Part shown: one piece after another, positions 30,072 to 37,748 of the stretch | Layout: each line of letters opens with the position of its first letter | How positions within the stretch are numbered: the stretch's first letter is position 1 | DNA from: Smithella sp. | GTDB lineage: Bacteria; Desulfobacterota; Syntrophia; Syntrophales; Smithellaceae | Direction of reading: 5' to 3' | DNA: 60,731 nt | Assembly: GCA_049664145.1 (NCBI GenBank) | Contig: JBATES010000123.1 | Coordinates: 1 to 60,731 of the forward strand | Made by a program: the position numbers and the translations under genes | Notes under the pieces: model-generated | What the model saw: only the letters and a program-made list of their open reading frames with translations | Database searches by the model: none | Told to the model about the DNA's origin: nothing

Positions 30072-32966
30072 CTAACAGACTATGCCCGCGTTATGATACG
30101 GGTCTCCCTGCTCAAAATATAATTTCCATTTGTTTCTAAAGAACAGACTTTCGGATTGTAATCTGGCAGATTTTTCCGGCGTCTTATCAAGACCCCTCGA
30201 TACGCTTTCATAATGATAAAGCTCTGCATAGGGTGTCCATACATTTATCTTTCCTGTTTCCCGCAACTTCAGGCAAAAATCAACATCATTCAAGCCAATT
30301 TTGAAGTTGATCTCATCCATGCCACCAACTTCAAGGTACAGACGCTTCTTCACCATTAAACATGCACCAGTCACTGCACAATAATTTTGTGGCATTGTCA
30401 ACCTGTGCATATAACCGGTATGTCTTCGGTCATTCCCATGATGATAATGCGAAGCAATATCTCTCGTAAGGCCTATCACCAGCCCGGCATGTTGTATCCG
30501 GTTATCGGCATAATAAAGTTTGGCACCCACTGCGCCAACGTCTTCACGTTGAGAAAATGCCAGCATTTCTTCAATCCAATGCGGAGTAATCACTTCCGTA
30601 TCATTATTGAGTAACAGGACATGCTCCCCTTCCGCACACTGAACTGCATAATTATTGATGGCGGAAAAGTTGAATTCTTTTCCAGTGATTTTGATGATCT
30701 TAATCTCTTTTACATTCTTTAATGCATCGTAATATTCGAAGATATCATCCGTTTCACTGTTGTTTTCAACGATAATAATCTCATAATTCCTATAGGTCGA
30801 TCCTGTCATGATGGAGTCGATACATTTTTTTAAATCCTGCTTATGGTCCTTATTGGGAATAATAATGGAAACGAGCGGATTTCCCTTGATTTTGTAATGA
30901 ATTCTGAAGGAGTAGGTTGCCCTCATAAATTCAACATCACCTTCATATCCGATCCGCTTGATATGTTCCTCTATCGCTTTTCTTCCAGCTTCATACGCAT
31001 ACATTTTACTTTCAGGATTCAGGGCAACAGACCCCTGACCAGCCCGGCTGAAATAAAGCACTTTAGGGATATTTAAAATCTTTCGTGCTTTCTCGATTAC
31101 TCTTAATTCAAATTCATAATCCTGGCTGCCATCATACCCTTGTTTGAGGAATCCGACTTCGTCAATGATGAATCGGGAAAACGCAGTAAGATGACTCGCA
31201 TAGTTACAGGAACGGAGCAAATCCGGGCTGAAGCCGGGAAGGCAATGGTAGGCAAGAATCTCTTTTGTTTCATCTGAAAAAACTGCCTTATCCGAATATA
31301 TAAAATCGGCTTCGCTATTTTTATTGATACAAAGAACCACTTCCATCAGAGCATCTCTGCTCAAGCAATCATCATGGTCTAACAAGATGATGTAATCACC
31401 GTGGGCAATGGCATAGGCTTCGATGGAATTGCCGGCGATCCCTTTGTTTTCTTCCAGAAATACAACCTTAATCCTTTGATCCAGTTTCTGCCATTGCAAC
31501 AGACAATCTTTCGTTTCCTTTCCACTGCCGCCATCAGCTATGCACAATTCCCAGTATGGATAGACTTGGTTGCGTACTGTTTCGATGGTTTCATTCAACC
31601 ATTCCGGTTTAGTGTTATACGTGGGCATCACCACCGAGATCAACGGCTTATGTTCAAAACTATCAATTAAAGCTTTCATTTGGGCGAGTGATTCTTCCGA
31701 GTATGTGTCATTCTGAGGAATCCGATAGGGCACAGAGGTGGCAAGCATCCGGAAACCCCGCTTGATACCAGGCAGGCCTTCATGACGGTATAGACGCATT
31801 GCTTTCGTAATCGTGCTTTTCAGACCGCCCCCTCGCTGAATAGCAGGTCCGGCAAGATCAACAGCGCGTTGGAATCTTTTTAGCTGTTGGCCGACAATGC
31901 GCAGCGGCAGCGTAATCTGCCAACTGGTTGACGATATGAGTTCAGAAATCTGACCATCACGTTCAGCCACGGATCGATGGAGATTGACGATCTGCGCATC
32001 GCGTTTGGCTACCGATTGACGAAGGTCGGCAATCTGACTGTCACGTTCTATAGCGATTTGGTTGAGATCGTCAATCTGGCGCTTGAGATCAAGGGATGTT
32101 TTATGGATTATGGATGCCTTTCTAATATCCTGATTATAAAATAAAGAACTTAATCTTTTATATTCAGCCCTGATTTTATCTATATCCGTTAAAACATTCT
32201 CATCCATTTCTGTACTATTGTGAGCATGCAACAGGATTTCATAAAAACGATCAATCAATGAGAGTGTGTCGCTAGCGAAGTTTAGCTCTTTTATATTATG
32301 ATGTTTCAACTTTGGATCTAATAATTCTTTGGCTATAACATCGAACGGTGATCCCGCATTCGGAAAATCGATGTTGAATTGATTAAAAATACAATGAAGG
32401 GTATCGGTCGGATATGTTAAAAAATCGTCAAATTTCAGGAAGATTCTTTTTGATGGCCGGCTGTAATACTCAATCGACAGCATGTTGTTCATCCACAGAA
32501 GAAGCCCCTTCTGAATGGAAAATCCATCCCTTGTTTTCAGTGATTCAGCCACTTCCAACGGATGTCTCAGCGGAATGATAAAGAATGGCTCAATATTGAG
32601 TTCCTGCAATATGCTGATCCAAAAGGGCAGGAGAATGGATATTCTCGGATCTTTAATACAAAACAATCGACTGGTAGAAAATTCCTGCTGGATAATTTTT
32701 TTAACAGCGTCGATATGGGGTATTAATTGCGGCATCCGCCACCATTCGTCTTCAAATAAAAACAGGTCATCCCACGATGAACCTAGTGTTTGCAGAATAT
32801 GATCATTCGCTTTGACAATGTAATCATTCTCAAAATATCCTTTTTCATTATATTCATTGGGCAACATCAGTTTCGATCCTAACGATATACCCAATTTGCT
32901 TAAATATCCGGTAACGGCTGACGTGCCGCTTCGGTGCATTCCTAATACGATTATACATTGCTGCAT
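30072..32966 (-). CDS. multidomain protein: N-terminal sulfotransferase - coiled coil - GT2 - GT2 (964 aa)
   Basis: aa 1-250: PAPS 5'-PSB loop VLGMHRSGTS, CIKDPRISILLPFW, 3'-PB-like RHPLEVAES. aa about 291-348: heptad-rich repeats. aa 441-690: VVMPTYNTKPEWL, LLDHDD. aa 705-964: IIIPNKDH, LLLNNDTE, GLNDVDFCLKL. Confidence 0.8.
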   Translation of the reverse strand: MQQCIIVLGMHRSGTSAVTGYLSKLGISLGSKLMLPNEYNEKGYFENDYIVKANDHILQTLGSSWDDLFLFEDEWWRMPQLIPHIDAVKKIIQQEFSTSRLFCIKDPRISILLPFWISILQELNIEPFFIIPLRHPLEVAESLKTRDGFSIQKGLLLWMNNMLSIEYYSRPSKRIFLKFDDFLTYPTDTLHCIFNQFNIDFPNAGSPFDVIAKELLDPKLKHHNIKELNFASDTLSLIDRFYEILLHAHNSTEMDENVLTDIDKIRAEYKRLSSLFYNQDIRKASIIHKTSLDLKRQIDDLNQIAIERDSQIADLRQSVAKRDAQIVNLHRSVAERDGQISELISSTSWQITLPLRIVGQQLKRFQRAVDLAGPAIQRGGGLKSTITKAMRLYRHEGLPGIKRGFRMLATSVPYRIPQNDTYSEESLAQMKALIDSFEHKPLISVVMPTYNTKPEWLNETIETVRNQVYPYWELCIADGGSGKETKDCLLQWQKLDQRIKVVFLEENKGIAGNSIEAYAIAHGDYIILLDHDDCLSRDALMEVVLCINKNSEADFIYSDKAVFSDETKEILAYHCLPGFSPDLLRSCNYASHLTAFSRFIIDEVGFLKQGYDGSQDYEFELRVIEKARKILNIPKVLYFSRAGQGSVALNPESKMYAYEAGRKAIEEHIKRIGYEGDVEFMRATYSFRIHYKIKGNPLVSIIIPNKDHKQDLKKCIDSIMTGSTYRNYEIIIVENNSETDDIFEYYDALKNVKEIKIIKITGKEFNFSAINNYAVQCAEGEHVLLLNNDTEVITPHWIEEMLAFSQREDVGAVGAKLYYADNRIQHAGLVIGLTRDIASHYHHGNDRRHTGYMHRLTMPQNYCAVTGACLMVKKRLYLEVGGMDEINFKIGLNDVDFCLKLRETGKINVWTPYAELYHYESVSRGLDKTPEKSARLQSESLFFRNKWKLYFEQGDPYHNAGIVC
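31923..32048 (-). repeat. 3 x 42-nt in-frame tandem repeat encoding the coiled-coil core
   Basis: ERDSQIADLRQSVA / KRDAQIVNLHRSVA / ERDGQISELISSTS (aa 307-348 of the 964-aa protein). Confidence 0.7.
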
Positions 32967-33288
32967 TTTTTACTCACACAACATCTGTTACTAAAATCTT
33001 TGTGATAGCTGACGACCACTTGACAATTTCATACTTGTTTCAAATATCCAGAATAAAGGCAATGCTTTCTTCCACCGTCAGTAAATCTGTTTTTTAACAA
33101 AATCCTCTGATTTTATAGCCCTTCATTCTGAATAGCACTTTTTTTCAAAAGCCTTTTCCTTCCGGCGGCAAGGATTTTTATTTAGTGCGGGCTTGCCTCT
33201 GACACCATGATGAATTGGAAAATTAGAAAAGATTTGAACTTACCCTAATCAACTTCTATTCGCAGCATCGACACTTTGGATCAATACT

Positions 33289-34230
33289 TTAATCATTTCG
33301 TGAAAGAACTTTTAAATTGTAACGCAAATCTTCCAATAATTTACGGTTCGCTGAGAGCAAATCAGCGACAACGGCAATGAGAAGTGTCTGAAAGCCCATA
33401 CCAATCAGCACACTGGTGAGAATCAGCGATTGTATGTGGCCGTCACCTTGCCCATTGATATAAAACCACATAAAACGCAATCCAATCAAAGTACCGGCCC
33501 CGAACAATACAATTCCAATCGAGAAAAAAAACCGAAAGGGCCTATAAATGATAAAGATGCGAACAATCGTAACGATGCTGTGGATAATATATGATGGAAT
33601 ACTTTTCACAAGCCTTGAGGGGCGCATATCCTGATTCACGCGGATGGGTATCGAAGTAATCGCCATGTTTTTTTGACCAGCCTGAATGATGGTTTCCAGC
33701 GTATAGGTATAATTATTAAAGACGATCAGTTGCTGGGCGGCATTACGAGTCATGGCACGAAAACCGCTTGCCGCATCAGGAATGTCTGTCCGGCTCGCCG
33801 TTCTGACAACCCAGCTTCCTATTTTCTGGAGCATCTTTTTAACCGGAGAAAAATGATTAATATTGTCGATCGGCCTTTCGCCCACAACAATATCCGCCTG
33901 TCCATTGATAATCGGCTGAATTAAAGACGGAATATCGTCCGCGTTATACTGATTATCAGCATCCGTATTGACAATGATATCAGCGCCAAGACGAACAGCT
34001 TCCCGGACGCCCGTCATAAAAGCGCGGGCTAGCCCCTGATTTCGGGTATGCCTCACAATGTGATCCGCACCATTTTCCTGCGCAACTTTTACAGTCGCAT
34101 CCATACTGCCATCATCAATAACCAGCCATTCGACTTTATCAAAACCCGGCACTGTGCGCGGAAGCGCAGAAAGTGTTATAGTAAGAGTATCCGCTTCATT
34201 GTAACACGGAATTTGTATAATGAGTTTCAT
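33289..34230 (-). CDS. polyprenyl-phosphate glycosyltransferase (GT2; GtrB/ArnC/DPM1-like)
   Basis: IQIPCYNEADTL, VIDDGSMDAT, NTDADNQY, and two C-terminal TM helices characteristic of GtrB/ArnC-type enzymes. Confidence 0.8.
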   Translation of the reverse strand: MKLIIQIPCYNEADTLTITLSALPRTVPGFDKVEWLVIDDGSMDATVKVAQENGADHIVRHTRNQGLARAFMTGVREAVRLGADIIVNTDADNQYNADDIPSLIQPIINGQADIVVGERPIDNINHFSPVKKMLQKIGSWVVRTASRTDIPDAASGFRAMTRNAAQQLIVFNNYTYTLETIIQAGQKNMAITSIPIRVNQDMRPSRLVKSIPSYIIHSIVTIVRIFIIYRPFRFFFSIGIVLFGAGTLIGLRFMWFYINGQGDGHIQSLILTSVLIGMGFQTLLIAVVADLLSANRKLLEDLRYNLKVLSRND

Positions 34231-36032
34231 TTTCCATCCTTTCCCGAAATCGAAATAAGCGGGCGGAGTACCTTGGGGTCAAGGCCATCGATGCGATAGA
34301 TATAATATTTATCTTCATTCACGCTGTATTCTCGGAGGGGTTTAAGATTAAAGAGCATACTGGAAACAAGAAGTGATGGGGATTGAATTGAAGCGAATTG
34401 AAAACCAGCCTGCGTTGAAACATCTTGTATCAAAATCTGCTTTTGCTTCACTCCCCAGAATGCAAGCCTTCGCTGGTTCATTTTCATGGCCCAATCTTTA
34501 CCACGGAAACTTTGACTCATCAATGGTGACAAGTCTTTACTGTCTGTATAGATATTAAATGTATCACCATGATCATTAAGGTTTGCTATGGCATAGGCCA
34601 TTTGCCGATAATGAAGACCATTCTGATAGGCAGACATTCTTTTGGCATCCACCATTATGGATACCAGCATAAACACAATCATGGGCAATACAAACAATCG
34701 AATATCAGTTTTTCGAAAGCGCAAAAATATCAAAGGCAGTAGAACACTGGCGATAGCTGTTAAATACACCGATGACGAAACCATGGCTATAACATCAACT
34801 CCACCGGATTCGCTTATGGGAATAGATATAGCATATTTTCCAATAGCTTTATTAAAAAGGATCTCCCAAGCTAAGAAGGAAAACCCGACCAACACGCCTA
34901 TACCGATGCATGCTTTCATATCTCGAAATGGCGCCTTTCTTTCAACAATCCTTTCCAGAAACCATAAGCCAACAACTAACATAATCGGCGATAAATGCAT
35001 CAGGTAGCGCCCGATCAAACGCTGCGGCACAGGGTAGTTATAACCTGCTCCAAAAGAGTGCTGGACGGCGAGGAGCCAATAACAACCCAAAAGTAGCAGG
35101 GCAAGAACAAGAAACAGTCTCTGTTGTGTGTCCAAGCGAATCCGCAAGGCTTTATCACTGAATTGAGACGCCCAGATTACGATCATCCCCCAGATAGGAA
35201 GCCAGGCCAGAATGACGTAGGAACTATAAGCCGCAACCCACATTAATAAAGAACCGCCTGTGGCTGCCTGTGCTATCCCTCCAGAGATGCCTAAACCAAA
35301 TAGCTGCCTTAAGTAAAAATCACTGGCCAAACCGTAAATCAGCCAAGCCCCCATAACCACACCGTAGCTTGCTAATACTAAAAATGCAGGCCTGTATCGG
35401 CGGAGCAGACTTTCGGATCTGGTATCCGGCATATTCATGCTGCGAGAGTACAACCATGCACCGAAAAGCAGTGGCAACGCTGGAAGAAACAGGTATTTCG
35501 TAAGATGGGTAATTCCTAAAACGAAGCCGAAGCCCAACGCTTCAACATTTCCGCGCTTGTCTCCCCGTAGTGCCAATGCCACGGCTATAACAAAAAGCGG
35601 CACAAATAAATTTTCACTTAATAGAAGATTTGTATATACAATGTGCATCGGCAATAAACCCGCAAGCAACGCTGCAAGTAATGGATGCCGCACATTGGCT
35701 GCACGCGCAAGGAACCAGGTAGCCGGAACGACGAGGCTTGACCAAAAAGCGTTTTGAACGAGCATAACCTCATACCAATGCTTAAAAAAAAGAGCGGGGG
35801 CAAGCACTAAGGGATATAAAGGCGGGTAATGCGCGGTCGCGTATTTTTGAAGAGCAAAAATTGCGCAAGCATTTAATTTATAGGTTAATTCATCAGGATA
35901 CGCTGGCCCGGAAGAAATGAGGACAGCCCATATCGCCTTAAAGGCAAACAGGACAAGGGTCATCAAGGCCAAAACGGGCAGGTCTTTATATGGTGAATCA
36001 TTCACGTTCGATATTTGGTTATTTATGTTCAA
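34227..36032 (-). CDS. GT-C-fold membrane glycosyltransferase (ArnT/PMT, GT39/GT83-like)
   Basis: About 12 TM segments. First-loop acidic motif AYPDELTY. 4-nt overlap with the downstream GtrB-like gene. Confidence 0.7.
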   Translation of the reverse strand: MNINNQISNVNDSPYKDLPVLALMTLVLFAFKAIWAVLISSGPAYPDELTYKLNACAIFALQKYATAHYPPLYPLVLAPALFFKHWYEVMLVQNAFWSSLVVPATWFLARAANVRHPLLAALLAGLLPMHIVYTNLLLSENLFVPLFVIAVALALRGDKRGNVEALGFGFVLGITHLTKYLFLPALPLLFGAWLYSRSMNMPDTRSESLLRRYRPAFLVLASYGVVMGAWLIYGLASDFYLRQLFGLGISGGIAQAATGGSLLMWVAAYSSYVILAWLPIWGMIVIWASQFSDKALRIRLDTQQRLFLVLALLLLGCYWLLAVQHSFGAGYNYPVPQRLIGRYLMHLSPIMLVVGLWFLERIVERKAPFRDMKACIGIGVLVGFSFLAWEILFNKAIGKYAISIPISESGGVDVIAMVSSSVYLTAIASVLLPLIFLRFRKTDIRLFVLPMIVFMLVSIMVDAKRMSAYQNGLHYRQMAYAIANLNDHGDTFNIYTDSKDLSPLMSQSFRGKDWAMKMNQRRLAFWGVKQKQILIQDVSTQAGFQFASIQSPSLLVSSMLFNLKPLREYSVNEDKYYIYRIDGLDPKVLRPLISISGKDGK

Positions 36033-36134
36033 TTGAGGTAAGATCTATATTTGATGCGCGATTGATATTTCAGTCACCGCATTTAATTTTATTCTTGTGC
36101 CACACTATTCGAGGGCTTGCCGTGGGTGGCGCCC

Positions 36135-37168
36135 TTAATCATCTGCAACACCTGCCGACGAATCGGCGCTTCCGTCCAATGGGAATTTGCGCGCAAAGTA
36201 TTTTCCACTACAGGTAAGGCGTTCCAGGTAACTTTCATCCAGAGTATTCGGTCCGCTATTTCCGTACGTCCAGAATAAGGCGTGATTACTGGCGGCAACG
36301 CGTAGTGCTTTCATATTACCAATAAGAGTATGAAAGTAGGATTCGTCAGGGATAAAGCACCGGGAAAAATGTTCGGCAATTTGCGGATGATCCTCTGGCA
36401 CCTTTAACAACAACTCGGCAACGCGACGCGATATGCCGAACCATTGTCCGCCAACGTAACAGTTCTCATAATCAAACAATGGAAAGCAGCCTTTCCCATT
36501 CGCTATTGTCATTTTAAAAATCAGCTTTCCCAACCGTTGCCGCAGTCGCCCTGTCAAAGTGGCCTCCGGCCTAGACAGGGCGCAATTCAACACGAGTCCA
36601 TCTGCTGAGCCGTCTTTTCGCTGCCTAGCCACCATGAGCGCGACGTCATGGCTATTCGCATGGCACGCCGGGAGCGCGTAAGATAACGCCATCCGTGGCT
36701 AAGCAGGATATCTGATCCTGGGTTGGTAAGTAGTTCCAGGTCGATCATCGCGTCAGGTTGCGTCGCCGCCAAATATGATTCAAAGTCCTTAATCGAGCGA
36801 ATCGGCAGACAGCTTTCAGACAATAGTTGGAAATGGGTACACTGCGGATCGCGCATCTCCTCCTGCATTAGCAGAGCGCAGGCCTCGACCAAAGACCATC
36901 CGGCCCACGCCGTATTTAGCGGTTGCGGCAGTATGATAACATTAGGCCGTTCAATGTCAAAATCGTAATGCTTTGAAAAATCATGATGTACTATAACCCT
37001 GTGCGGATAGACGGCGTTCGCAAGCTGTGTAACAGCAGCGGCAGAATCCCTGCATGAAAGGACACCGAAGGCGATTTTTGGATACTGCATTTTGTCCTGT
37101 TCTTGTATCATGATGGCAATCAGCTCTGTTTGTCTTCGGTTAGAAAATCGTATAGCATGATTTTTCAA
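36135..37168 (-). pseudogene. GT14 (core-2/I-branching 'Branch' family) glycosyltransferase gene split by a frameshift
   Basis: Two overlapping ORFs in different frames (36587-37168 and 36135-36692). The N-part reads KIAFGVLSCRD...VIVHHD; the C-part reads GGQWFGISRR...YFARKF. Total length 1034 nt is not a multiple of 3. Confidence 0.6.
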
Positions 37169-37197
37169 AAAACTTGTTTCGGTTCAACTTCAAGGTT

Positions 37198-37739
37198 TCA
37201 ACTGCCAGCATTGGACAGCGAACACAACCGGGTATATATTTTTTCGGCTTTCCGGAACGAAAGTGAACCGGGAAGAGTTCTTTTCAGACTAGCATCTACA
37301 AAACTTAAGCTGATATCAGCTTGCAGAAAATCTGATATACGAGAAATTCCCCGGCCATCAATAATGTCGTCATAATTTATAAAAAGAAAGACTGTATCTT
37401 TTTTTAAATACTTTTCCCAAACAGGCAATGTATAGGAAAAATGGGGATCTTTATAACAGAAAGGCACTTTATTTATTTCTTTAGTGAATTTTCTCCAATA
37501 TTTCAATTGATTCATTTCCAATATCGATTTGTGGTGTGATAGAGGACAGCCAGTTTCCGCGCTTTTTTACCTTGTTCATGCATCTTCAGATGCAAGTTAG
37601 TGCTCAATGGGGGCATATATTTCTCTAAAAGTTTAAAAATATACAATTCAAACTGTTTGCTTATTATACTCTTTTCATAAAGCTTTTCAAAAGGCTCAAA
37701 CATACCAGTTTGAAAGTAATAAATACTACCCAACAGCAA
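37198..37739 (-). pseudogene. probable eroded sulfotransferase remnant (two short A+T-rich ORFs of 75 and 107 aa)
   Basis: PFCYKDPHFSYTLPVWEKYL resembles CIKDPRISILLPFW of the 964-aa sulfotransferase domain, and FLFINYDDII resembles its IFLKFDDFL. There is no PAPS P-loop, and the roughly 55 aa between the motifs are missing. Confidence 0.3.
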
Positions 37740-37748
37740 ACAATTTAA

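Noticed and set aside
32985-33000. Possible third copy of the promoter element (GTTACTAAAATC) just upstream of the 964-aa gene.
   Set aside because: Only about 10-12 nt match in A+T-rich DNA. The -35 region and flanks are not conserved, and a chance match is plausible.
36587-36700. Programmed ribosomal frameshift in the GT14 gene.
   Set aside because: I read the overlap region on the coding strand and saw no slippery heptamer or homopolymer run. A mutational or sequencing indel is more likely.
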